From IMG/VR virus record IMGVR_UViG_3300013116_000108, positions 62,001 through 126,000 of that record: a stretch of 64,000 bases of DNA; one strand, written 5' to 3'. Under the pieces are notes generated by a model. That model was not told the DNA's origin, made no database searches, and saw only the letters and a list, made by a program, of their open reading frames with translations. The stretch's first letter is position 1, and every line of letters starts with the position of its first letter. Below are positions 46,311-55,350 of this stretch, one piece after another. Made by a program: the position numbers and the translations under genes.

Positions 46311-48539
46311 TTACTGAGTTGTTTTTCTTTTGTGAATAGATCTAGGAGTAGTTTGGTGTTCGTTTTTCTTAGGTCTTAATGCTTTGTTAGATGACATAAC
46401 ACCTGCTAACTTTTTCATATGATTGATAGACTCATCGGCGTCATCTTTTTCATCTTCAATCTCATCTTCAAGTTCTTTAGCAAGAGCGTCTGCCATTCCT
46501 TTTTTAAGAACTTCTTCTGGGTTTTTTGATTCATTAATATCTACACCAAAAGGAGCATCGCCAAAGAAATCTTCTAGTCTGCTTTGAACAATGTGTCTAA
46601 CGTCAAGTACGTCACCGCCATCTTCTGCACTATCTAGATCATCTAATAACTCATCATCAAATACAAAACCAGTTACCATGTTAGTTGTTTCTTCGCCTGG
46701 TGGACGAGGTTTAGACATAAACTCTTTGTATCTCGCTACAGCGTCTTCATGTTCGCCTTCTGGTTGACCATCATATTTCATTAGTCCGCCAATCATAGTA
46801 CCTTCAGCAACTTTTTTTGCTTCAATTTCTTCAACCGCCGCTTCGGCTTCAATTGGTAATTCTTTTGAATCATCTACTGCTTCATTTTTCATAGCCATCA
46901 TTTGATCCATATGTGTTTGGTAAGGTTGTCCATATTCTTTCATACCTGCTAACCAATTCCATATAGTAGGCCTAGCATCAGCATTAGGGTCAAGTTCACT
47001 TAATTGGTCATATAACTCATCATCACCAAATATTTCACCAATTTCATCTGTTGCGGCTTGACCTTCTTCGCCTGCTATAACAGGTGTTGACATAATTTCT
47101 TTAAACCTTGCTACATGTTCATCGCTTGATGGTAAATGCCACGTGCCTTCTTTTACAACTGAATCTGTCCATTTTTTAAATTCTGCTGATTCTTCTTGTG
47201 GCTTCATTTTATATTTAGGATCAAAGTCTTGTACTTCTACATCACCTTTAAGCCACTTACTAGCAATAGCAATCGCCATTTCTTTATCATGCTTATTATT
47301 AAAACTGTCATCAATATTAAAAATTGCTCTTGCTAAATCATCGTCTTTTGTACGAACTGAAATTGTTGCTAAGATTCTTCTAACTAAAGCATGTAATGGG
47401 TTTTCTGTATGATCTAAGCCTTGTGAATCGTTTGGCTTTTTAAACTTGTTTGCTTTAACAAAGGCAAGTTGCTTTTTAATTAAAGCATCTTCTTCTTCGT
47501 TTGGTGTTACAACAATTTTCTTTTTACCTTGAATAATATCATGAATTGGGCCCATGTCTTCGTGTACTTTTCTTCTTGCTTTAAGTACTGTAGGTAACAA
47601 ACTTTCTAGTTCTGTTTGATCAACTGTTCTAACTAATTGACTCTTTAGTTCGTTAATGTCTGATTCGTCATATACTGATTCTGTAGGCTGAAAGTTTTCA
47701 GCATAAGTCTTATAACCTTTTGGTTTTGAAAGAGTGTTAACTGTTGCTTTCAAACCTTGGTAACGTTTCTTAGCATCAGAAATAATATCAGCAGAATCTT
47801 CGTTAACAAACCCGTCAGCACGATTTAATTTTTTAACAAAGTTTCTTAATTCATACATTTCTTTAACACATTCAATAATGTGAGAACCTAGTTCGTCATG
47901 TGGATTGCCTCCTGCATGAACATGTCTTGCCATTGCTCTAGCACCTGGTAAATATTTGAAAGGAAATTTAAATCTTTCCTTGGCACTATTCTCAATAAAG
48001 ACTGATTGTATTTGTCTACTTCTAGATCCCATTTTATCTTCATCTACTGCTGATCTGTGTTTTATAATTAACCTTGCTGACTCAACTGTTTGGTAACTTG
48101 TTTTAGTTGAACCATATAATTTGCTGACTGATTCCATTGTAATTTCATCCGTTGTATATTGAGAACTATTTTTAGTAATAGCCTCATAATCTCGTTTGTC
48201 TAACTGATTTTTGCCTATGTTTCTTACATCAAAATTCATCATGTTTTTCTTAGCAAACATTCTCATTTCTTTTAAGAAATCAAACCAACTACGTTGTATT
48301 GAATCTGGTAAGTCACCGCTCAAACTTTCAGCAAAATAAATTGTAAAGTTAGCAGGATCAATAATACTAATTGTTACAGGTCCGTACTTTTCTCCTTCAA
48401 CAACATAGTTAAAATCAAACAATCTTGCTTGTTCTGACTCTAATACAGCACCTGCACCTTCATCTGCTATGTTTACTTCACCAAATTTACTGGCTAAATT
48501 TTGATATAATGTGTCGGCTATTTTTTTAATCAGTTCCAT
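46311..48539 (-). CDS. Large modular late protein, probably head/internal
   Basis: 742 aa; leaderless late promoter; next to the terminase; acidic modules. Confidence 0.55.
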   Translation of the reverse strand: MELIKKIADTLYQNLASKFGEVNIADEGAGAVLESEQARLFDFNYVVEGEKYGPVTISIIDPANFTIYFAESLSGDLPDSIQRSWFDFLKEMRMFAKKNMMNFDVRNIGKNQLDKRDYEAITKNSSQYTTDEITMESVSKLYGSTKTSYQTVESARLIIKHRSAVDEDKMGSRSRQIQSVFIENSAKERFKFPFKYLPGARAMARHVHAGGNPHDELGSHIIECVKEMYELRNFVKKLNRADGFVNEDSADIISDAKKRYQGLKATVNTLSKPKGYKTYAENFQPTESVYDESDINELKSQLVRTVDQTELESLLPTVLKARRKVHEDMGPIHDIIQGKKKIVVTPNEEEDALIKKQLAFVKANKFKKPNDSQGLDHTENPLHALVRRILATISVRTKDDDLARAIFNIDDSFNNKHDKEMAIAIASKWLKGDVEVQDFDPKYKMKPQEESAEFKKWTDSVVKEGTWHLPSSDEHVARFKEIMSTPVIAGEEGQAATDEIGEIFGDDELYDQLSELDPNADARPTIWNWLAGMKEYGQPYQTHMDQMMAMKNEAVDDSKELPIEAEAAVEEIEAKKVAEGTMIGGLMKYDGQPEGEHEDAVARYKEFMSKPRPPGEETTNMVTGFVFDDELLDDLDSAEDGGDVLDVRHIVQSRLEDFFGDAPFGVDINESKNPEEVLKKGMADALAKELEDEIEDEKDDADESINHMKKLAGVMSSNKALRPKKNEHQTTPRSIHKRKTTQ

Positions 48540-48544
48540 ATTAT

Positions 48545-48550
48545 TATTTA
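48545..48550 (-). promoter_or_regulatory. Late promoter, 5 nt before ATG
   Basis: TAAATA-ataat-ATG (48539). Confidence 0.6.
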
Positions 48551-48554
48551 TCCT

Positions 48555-50132
48555 TTAAATGATTACAAACGGCATAGGCTCTATATAGTCGTCTTCAGTT
48601 GATCTCATGTCTTGTTGAATTTTTGGGTCGTATGTACCTAAAAATGTTGCTATTCTTAATGCTAGTACCGTTGCCATAACTAAATCATCATGCTCACCCG
48701 GCTTACCTTGATAACTATTGCCACTTGCTACAAAAGTTTTTAATTGTGTTATAAGAGGTTTACTATACACTACCAGTTTTTGATTTTCTACTAGTTCTTT
48801 TAACTTGGCACAAGAAGCCAATTTACTTTTGTGTGTTGTATTAAATCCTTTTCTAAAGCGCCTAACGTGTCCACTCCTAGCAGGTTCACTCATAAAATAT
48901 CCATGAATTGCTTCTTCCCCTACTTCTGCTATAGAAACAAGTGCGGCTTCACCTAATGTGTTGTTCTCTACACTATAATAAATGTTATTATTGTCATTTG
49001 TAATACCATAAATGTATTTTGTAATTTGCTTTAATATTGTAATTTGTTCTTGTATTGTAGTTTTATTATGTTGCCATTCAGCACATTGTTTCATACCAGG
49101 CAATTCAAAAACTTGTATGGCTGAATAGTCGCCTCCTGTTCCTAAACTAGGATCTAAACCTACAACATACGTTTTTCCTTTTTTAGGTTTATGATACCAA
49201 CGAACTTGACCTTGTTTATATAAAGGGTCATTGCCTTCTAAACTTGCTAATATAATAGGGTTAATTAATGTTTCATCAAATATGATTGGTTCACATTCGT
49301 GTTCACGTTTGAATCGTTCAATGCCAATCCTTCCGCGTTCTTCGTCTGCCCAATCTTTATCTCTATCAGGATGTTCACTCCATAGTGCCTTAAAGGCATG
49401 AAAGCCATTAACACCTACACCGCCTTCGTTTTCATTACCAAAGTTGTCTAATGTTTTATTTGCTTCTGTCCATAATAACCAAAACTGATCTTCGTCTGAG
49501 TTAGGTGTTGAAGTAATAATCGCTTTACCACCTGTTGCTAGTGTAGGTGATATCGATGTCCAAAACTCTGTAGCAATGTTATTCCTCACAAAAGCAAACT
49601 CATCACAGTATAGCATTGTAATGGACATACCTCTTCCTGTGTTTTCTGTAGTTGCTTGTGATACAATTCTACTACCATTCTCAAATTCTATCGATCCTCT
49701 GTTGTAATTTGTAACACCTGCTCTAATAAAATCAGGACAAAGTTCATATCCGTATCTAACACGTTGCATAATTTCTTGAGCGCCGGCGTGTTTATGTGCC
49801 GCAACTAGTATTACACTATCAGGAACAAACATAGCATACCAAAGCAAGTATCCAGCCGCTGTGGTAGTTTTACCCATTTGTCTGCTTACTAAGTTAATAC
49901 TAAATCTGTTTTTATGGTAACTGTCTAGTAATGTTTCTTGGAAATCATAAGGATCGTATTTAATTTTACCTTGTGTAGGATGTTGTATAAAGAAATAATG
50001 TTCAAGAAAGTACGTTGGCCCAGATACTGGATCAGCACACTTCATAAATTCTTCAAGTTGCTCTTCAGTAAACTGCTGGCCTTTATTGGCTTTTTTGATT
50101 AATACACCATCTAGTGATTTATTAGTAGACAT
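48555..50132 (-). CDS. terL: Terminase large subunit (T4 gp17-like)
   Basis: SRQMGKTT, YCDEFAF, ITSTPN, VGLDPSLG, HDDLVMA. Confidence 0.95.
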   Translation of the reverse strand: MSTNKSLDGVLIKKANKGQQFTEEQLEEFMKCADPVSGPTYFLEHYFFIQHPTQGKIKYDPYDFQETLLDSYHKNRFSINLVSRQMGKTTTAAGYLLWYAMFVPDSVILVAAHKHAGAQEIMQRVRYGYELCPDFIRAGVTNYNRGSIEFENGSRIVSQATTENTGRGMSITMLYCDEFAFVRNNIATEFWTSISPTLATGGKAIITSTPNSDEDQFWLLWTEANKTLDNFGNENEGGVGVNGFHAFKALWSEHPDRDKDWADEERGRIGIERFKREHECEPIIFDETLINPIILASLEGNDPLYKQGQVRWYHKPKKGKTYVVGLDPSLGTGGDYSAIQVFELPGMKQCAEWQHNKTTIQEQITILKQITKYIYGITNDNNNIYYSVENNTLGEAALVSIAEVGEEAIHGYFMSEPARSGHVRRFRKGFNTTHKSKLASCAKLKELVENQKLVVYSKPLITQLKTFVASGNSYQGKPGEHDDLVMATVLALRIATFLGTYDPKIQQDMRSTEDDYIEPMPFVII

Positions 50133-50137
50133 ATATG

Positions 50138-50143
50138 TATTTA
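50138..50143 (-). promoter_or_regulatory. Late promoter, 5 nt before the terL ATG
   Basis: TAAATA-catat-ATG (50132); no SD. Confidence 0.6.
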
Positions 50144-50149
50144 CTCAAG

Positions 50150-50178
50150 AAAAAGCCAGGTATATTACAACCTGGCTT
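50150..50178 (-). terminator. Rho-independent terminator
   Basis: AAGCCAGG/CCTGGCTT stem with T-run on the minus strand. Confidence 0.75.
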
Positions 50179-50200
50179 ATGTTTTATAGATTAAAAACTG

Positions 50201-51580
50201 TTAATCTCTGTTGTCGTATGCTTTTTTAAGTTTCATAACTAAATCGTTATGTCCTTGGTTACCAACAGCCGGCATAGCCTTTGGTCTGTTAATTCCGCCT
50301 GACATTTTGTTAAGTTGTGTATCAGCGTCAGCATATTCTTCATCTGGTGAGTTAGAATATTCTTCAACTTGGTTAATATCTGCGTCTGTTACAACTTTTA
50401 GTCCTGCTAATTTTAAAAGTTGCTGTAAAGTGCCAGTTTCTGAATCTTCAGATGTTGCTTCGTTAAAAACTATATCGTAAGCACCATGCATTGTTTCTTC
50501 TTCATCGTCGCCCATGATATCAATAAATTCTTGTTTCATAGCATCTGTAATTGGTAATGGATCTACTTCATAATTTAGATCTAATTCGCTTTGTTCAATT
50601 CCATCAGTAGTAACACCACTGTCTAAAGAAGCCTTGAACCAACCTTGAGGTAATGGATCACCGTTGCCTCCTTTATACTTAGACCATTTATTAACCCATG
50701 CTTTAAGTCTTTCATCAGTACTTTCAGTTACTGATCCTTCACTTGTTGGAGCACCCATTTTTGCTTGACGAATTAACATTTCTAGCCCTTCTTGGTCCAT
50801 AGTTTTTTCTACTTCATCACCCGAATACTTGTCTTGTGTATCGTCCATGACACCCATTTCTGCTTTATGTTCTTTGCCATTTTCATCTTTAACAATATAT
50901 GTATATTCGCCTACTCTCTTATATGATAGTTTACCATTATATGTGTCGCCATCAATTTCATCTGGTGGTGTTATCCATTTACCATCATCTGATTCACCAA
51001 GTTTTGATAACTTTTGCTGTAATGCTGTCATTTCACTTGAACGTTCAATGCTATAAGCCTTATTGCTGTCACCAGCGTCTCTGGCATCTTTTGCCATTTG
51101 CATTAGTTTTTGAATTCGTGCTTTAACTTTTTCTTTATCATTAGGAACATTAAGTTCGCTTATTTGTTCTTCATCTAAATCGCCTTCTCTTACTGGAGCA
51201 CCCATTTTTGCTTGACGAATTAGCATCGCTAATCCTTCTTGGTCCATGGTTTTTTCTACTTCATCGCCTGAATAGTTGTCTTGTGTATCGTCCATGACAC
51301 CCATTTCTGCTTTGTATTCTTTGCCATTTTCATCTTTAACGATATATGTGTATTCACCTATTCTCTTGTATGTTAGTTTACCGTTATATGTGTTGCCATC
51401 AATTTCATCTGGTGCTTTTTTCCAATTAGCATCAAGTTCATTAACGCTTTGTTCCATTTCTTTTATTGTTTTTTTAAATTCTGATTCTTTGTTTGCTTCT
51501 TCTTTAGCGAATTCTTCGGTTTGTATTTCTCTAAAAAGTCCCGCAACTTTGTGTAAATCAATTAGTTTATTGTCGCTCAT
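50201..51580 (-). CDS. Acidic modular late protein with an internal ~75-aa duplication
   Basis: Two copies of PDEIDG.TYNGKL.YKR.GEYTYIVKDENGKE.KAEMGVMDDTQD.YSGDEVEKTMDQEGL.MLIRQAKMGAP. Confidence 0.6.
   Translation of the reverse strand: MSDNKLIDLHKVAGLFREIQTEEFAKEEANKESEFKKTIKEMEQSVNELDANWKKAPDEIDGNTYNGKLTYKRIGEYTYIVKDENGKEYKAEMGVMDDTQDNYSGDEVEKTMDQEGLAMLIRQAKMGAPVREGDLDEEQISELNVPNDKEKVKARIQKLMQMAKDARDAGDSNKAYSIERSSEMTALQQKLSKLGESDDGKWITPPDEIDGDTYNGKLSYKRVGEYTYIVKDENGKEHKAEMGVMDDTQDKYSGDEVEKTMDQEGLEMLIRQAKMGAPTSEGSVTESTDERLKAWVNKWSKYKGGNGDPLPQGWFKASLDSGVTTDGIEQSELDLNYEVDPLPITDAMKQEFIDIMGDDEEETMHGAYDIVFNEATSEDSETGTLQQLLKLAGLKVVTDADINQVEEYSNSPDEEYADADTQLNKMSGGINRPKAMPAVGNQGHNDLVMKLKKAYDNRD
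50748..51414. repeat. ~220-bp direct repeat (50748-50967 and 51195-51414)
   Basis: Near-identical copies offset by 447 nt. Confidence 0.9.
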
Positions 51581-52132
51581 TTATTTTCTCCCTGCCACTG
51601 GTGATGTTGTACCTTGTGGCAAATCACTAGTTGTTTTTGCTTTTTCTGTTTTACCTCCAGCAATTTCTACCTCAGGTGTTTCTTTTTGTAATTCTTTAAG
51701 AAAGCCTAATTTCGCTTCTGCTGGTGCTTCGCCCGAAGCATAATCTGAACCAAGATTTGGAATATAATCTTCGCCTTGAGTTTTTACAAACTCTTCTCTA
51801 GCAACTTCTTCTGGATGATCACTGTTAATAACAACTACGTGGTTACCAGGAAGACCTGCTAAATTTACTAAATCACTATGTACAACTTGCGGTGTACTAG
51901 GATATGTCAATGTAATTTCAAAAATAGAAACTTCGCTATTGCGAAGATTTTGAAAATCCATTGGATGTTCTTGAATTGGTGTTGTTTTAGGAGATGTAAT
52001 ATCCTTAACATCATACTTGCCTAATACTCTTTCAATAACGTCCATTAATTCTGGCTCGGCTTTCATGGCCAATTTAACCTTGAATTTATATTCTTTTACT
52101 GACTCTGCCAAGTATTCATTAAATAATTTCAT
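51581..52132 (-). CDS. Hypothetical protein, probably virion-associated
   Basis: GGAG RBS before MKLFNEYLAES at 52132; TAAATA at 52156-52161. Confidence 0.6.
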   Translation of the reverse strand: MKLFNEYLAESVKEYKFKVKLAMKAEPELMDVIERVLGKYDVKDITSPKTTPIQEHPMDFQNLRNSEVSIFEITLTYPSTPQVVHSDLVNLAGLPGNHVVVINSDHPEEVAREEFVKTQGEDYIPNLGSDYASGEAPAEAKLGFLKELQKETPEVEIAGGKTEKAKTTSDLPQGTTSPVAGRK

Positions 52133-52154
52133 TTTACTCTCCATTGTATTATAA

Positions 52155-52664
52155 CTATTTATTATCTTTTGTGTCATTTTTGTTGAGTATTCTATCGAGT
52201 AATTCATTGCGACTTAATACTGTTGCTTCGCCATTTTCGGCACCATCTATTTTGCCCATATCCCTGTCAATCCTAGCATCAAGGGCCTTCTTTCGCAGTT
52301 GTAATTCAACCATTTTTAATTTTTTATCTATTTTTGCCTGCTTGGCATTAAGTTTAATTTGAAGCATTTTACTTGCTGTATCAAATATTTGTCCACTAAA
52401 CCTTGCTTCAACATTCATACCTAAATCCATTAAGTTATCAAATGTATCATCAGCCTTGGTGGCTATTTCGTCCATTTCTTTATCATTCGCTGTTAAATTT
52501 TCAACGCCTGCTAGAGCAGATTCAATATTATCTACTTCTTCTAATTCTTTTTCTACTTTATCAACTACTTCAATTGCCTTTGACGGCTCAACTTCTTCAG
52601 GGAGTTCTTCTGTACTATCGTCTAAAGGTGCGATATTAAGTAGTTCTTCTAATTTTTTTGTCAT
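52155..52664 (-). CDS. Probable terminase small subunit (gp16-like)
   Basis: Helical oligomerisation-type core, SRNELL tail, packaging-gene context. Confidence 0.55.
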   Translation of the reverse strand: MTKKLEELLNIAPLDDSTEELPEEVEPSKAIEVVDKVEKELEEVDNIESALAGVENLTANDKEMDEIATKADDTFDNLMDLGMNVEARFSGQIFDTASKMLQIKLNAKQAKIDKKLKMVELQLRKKALDARIDRDMGKIDGAENGEATVLSRNELLDRILNKNDTKDNK

Positions 52665-52691
52665 GTTAGATTGCCTTATAATATAAGGTAT

Positions 52692-53138
52692 TTAGCGACG
52701 CTTCTTACCTTGATGGTATAAATCGTTTTCTGTTACAACTCTAAAAGTTATACGTTTTTGCTTACACCAGCGTGTTGCGGCTTCCCATTTGGCCATATTT
52801 TGTACTACAGCCATTTGCCTATTTCTACTTCTACCAGCACCTTCCATAGTAGATTGATTACTAGGCTTAATTTCAACTAATTCTGATTTTCTATTTCCAT
52901 TTTTATCTTGGTATTGTACAAAAAAATCAGGTACATATGAACTTTGTTTTCCTGTTAGTGGATTTTTGTATGGAATTCGTACTGCTTCGCTGGCCCAACC
53001 TATAACTGCTGGATTATTATCACAGAATGTCATAAATGTGTGTTCCCAACTGGAACGATAAATTGGATTTTTTGTGCCGGCGTATTTGTCTGGGTTTTTA
53101 AGTGTGTATCGACCGCGGGCAACTCCCTTGCCTATCAT
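52692..53138 (-). CDS. gp4: Head completion nuclease (T4 gp4-like, TnsA-like)
   Basis: YRSSWE, CDNNP, WASE, YVPDFFV, LVEIKP. Confidence 0.85.
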   Translation of the reverse strand: MIGKGVARGRYTLKNPDKYAGTKNPIYRSSWEHTFMTFCDNNPAVIGWASEAVRIPYKNPLTGKQSSYVPDFFVQYQDKNGNRKSELVEIKPSNQSTMEGAGRSRNRQMAVVQNMAKWEAATRWCKQKRITFRVVTENDLYHQGKKRR

Positions 53139-53518
53139 TCGATAATATTCCTCACTACAGATGGATTAGGAACTCTGCTTGTAGCAAAGCCTAATATACT
53201 AGTTTGTTTTCTATTTTGATTTATCATAGTTATTAACGTTAATTGAATGTCATCTATTGTGTCACTACGAAGTTTATCAACTAATTCCATAACATTAACA
53301 CCTTCCATAGCACTTATCTCGAAAAGTGTATCTGTTAATGTATTTGCTGAATCATTGTCGTTGTTTGTTTTGCCTAAGAAAAAACTTTTTACTGTTTGGT
53401 GTTCACTAGAATTAATGTTAATACTTTCAACATAATGTCCATTAAAAAATTTTCTAGTTTCTAATTTTTTATCTATTGTTTGATCTATGTTACTTGAAGC
53501 ATATAAATTTTCAGACAT
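53135..53518 (-). CDS. Hypothetical structural-region protein
   Basis: 127-aa ORF coupled to gp4. Confidence 0.5.
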   Translation of the reverse strand: MSENLYASSNIDQTIDKKLETRKFFNGHYVESININSSEHQTVKSFFLGKTNNDNDSANTLTDTLFEISAMEGVNVMELVDKLRSDTIDDIQLTLITMINQNRKQTSILGFATSRVPNPSVVRNIIE

Positions 53519-53527
53519 AATTTATTC

Positions 53528-54619
53528 CTAATCTACATGAGGATTTCCGGCCATATCTTTTACAGTACCAACATTATTACCACTTGGCACTGATTTATTT
53601 GATACACCGTTATCTGTATGTGGGTTTGGTCTAGTTGAGCCCGGGAAAGCATGTTGTTGATTGCTTTTTTTAGACTTAGCAACTTCATTATTTGTATATG
53701 TTTTTTTGCTGTTTACATCGCTTTTATATTCTTTTCTCTCTGTTTCAGGACCGCTATATATTCCAGCATCTTGTTCCATCATATACTGCTCATATCTTTT
53801 TTTCTTATGGGCATCAACTATGCTCTGTGTATGTTTTTCCCATTCACTATTATTAACAGAATCGTTTGGCGAATAATCTTTATCGTAATGTAAATCACCA
53901 AAGCCTTTAGGACCAAACTCTAAAGCATTTGGCTGGCCGCCACTCATAGTACCTGTAGCATATTTTACTGTTTCGAATTGAATTTGCATTGTGTTTTCTA
54001 ATACATCACTTTGAGAGTGATCATGATTATCGTGACTAAAGTTTGTAATTATAGGATTAATTAATGTGTATTCTGAAAACTGTTTTTTTCCGTAGATACT
54101 ATACAACTGAATGCTCTCAAAAAATGGTTGGTCCTCAGGCTCTGCTATGCCAAAATTAAAATCTTGATCTTCACTTGTATAAGTATTTCGGGTAGTATAT
54201 ACACTTGATGTAGGTGGACCTGCTTTTTGATCGGAATAATACCAATCTAAATAAGCATACCATAGCGTTTTAGAAATATCTGCCATGTCGTCATGTAAAC
54301 GTATTTGAACTGGATTATAGTTTATTTTTGTTTGTACTGCTCTCCAACGATTATACTCATTCATTAATTGAGTATCAAACGTGTATGATGGCAAGTCTAC
54401 TGACTTAACCAACATACTTGCTTCTCGTTTAATAGAGTCTGGAAGTGCTTTTGAAACTTCTGGTGTAAAATTAAACACTACAAAAAATAGAAATTTTTGT
54501 TTTGGTGCTAATCTATAATCGCCATCTCTAAAGGTTCTAGCGGCGTGTTGATAATCACGCAATAGTTTCTTACTCGACCATGCTTTTGGATCTACTATCT
54601 GACCTTTAAAATCAGCCAT
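53528..54619 (-). CDS. Tail-tube-like / baseplate tube initiator protein
   Basis: VKSVDLPSY...YNPVQIRLHDD...LINPIITNF...MQIQFE; follows the tail tube gene. Confidence 0.65.
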   Translation of the reverse strand: MADFKGQIVDPKAWSSKKLLRDYQHAARTFRDGDYRLAPKQKFLFFVVFNFTPEVSKALPDSIKREASMLVKSVDLPSYTFDTQLMNEYNRWRAVQTKINYNPVQIRLHDDMADISKTLWYAYLDWYYSDQKAGPPTSSVYTTRNTYTSEDQDFNFGIAEPEDQPFFESIQLYSIYGKKQFSEYTLINPIITNFSHDNHDHSQSDVLENTMQIQFETVKYATGTMSGGQPNALEFGPKGFGDLHYDKDYSPNDSVNNSEWEKHTQSIVDAHKKKRYEQYMMEQDAGIYSGPETERKEYKSDVNSKKTYTNNEVAKSKKSNQQHAFPGSTRPNPHTDNGVSNKSVPSGNNVGTVKDMAGNPHVD

Positions 54620-54623
54620 TTAA

Positions 54624-55250
54624 TTAACCTGTAATTGTCTGGCTTCTTGTTTTAGATACTGCTGATCCTATACCTGCTCCGTTATTACCAACCGGTAACT
54701 GTACAGCATTGTCAAATCTAATTGACATAGTAATATTTGCTGGCTCCGAAGATGCATAGTTTAAATCGTTATAGTTTACGTTCTCAATGTAACAACCGTA
54801 TAGTTCCCACTCTTCTAAAGTAATTGGAGCCGCTGAACCGTTGCCACCATCTAATAACTCAAAACGTGTTAAGAACTTATAATCAATACCAGAAGAAGCA
54901 GATGCTTGTTCCATAAAGTCAAATTGTCTTTGAACTTGTTCGCCAACTAATTTTGATACGTTGCTTGAAACATCATCTCTGATGTTAACTGATACTGGAT
55001 CCCAGGTATGCTTACCAATAATGTTAACTTTTGAGTTATAAACATCTACTGGAATTTGTTCAAAGTTGACACTTGGTCTTGTAATGTCCATAACTTGCTT
55101 AGTAAGTTCTGATCTTGACGATGTTACCCCAAAGTTTTCAAAACTCACTCTAAAGCGATATTTTAGTTTTGGCATTAACAGACCTTGTGAACTAGCACTT
55201 TGTCCGCCTGCTATAGGAACTGTAAACTTACTTAATGAACCTACTGACAT
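54624..55250 (-). CDS. gp19: Tail tube protein (gp19-like)
   Basis: YRFRVSF, RPSVNF, GKHTWDPVSVNIRDD, EEWELYGC, IRFDNA. Confidence 0.88.
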   Translation of the reverse strand: MSVGSLSKFTVPIAGGQSASSQGLLMPKLKYRFRVSFENFGVTSSRSELTKQVMDITRPSVNFEQIPVDVYNSKVNIIGKHTWDPVSVNIRDDVSSNVSKLVGEQVQRQFDFMEQASASSGIDYKFLTRFELLDGGNGSAAPITLEEWELYGCYIENVNYNDLNYASSEPANITMSIRFDNAVQLPVGNNGAGIGSAVSKTRSQTITG

Positions 55251-55301
55251 AATATGTCTCCTTTATTATTAATACAATATTATTTATCTTATCAACTGAC
55301 C

Positions 55302-55330
55302 AAAAAAATAGGGCGGTTTAAACGCCCTAT
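55302..55330 (-). terminator. Rho-independent terminator after the sheath gene
   Basis: ATAGGGCG/CGCCCTAT stem with 7 T; TAAATA at 55281-55286 restarts transcription. Confidence 0.8.
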
Positions 55331-55350
55331 TTCAATGTTTTTGTTAATTA

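Noticed and set aside
16916-50132. Inteins or introns in uvsW, uvsX, thyX or terL
   Set aside because: Lengths are normal and motifs are contiguous; no splice-junction or homing-endonuclease insert was seen
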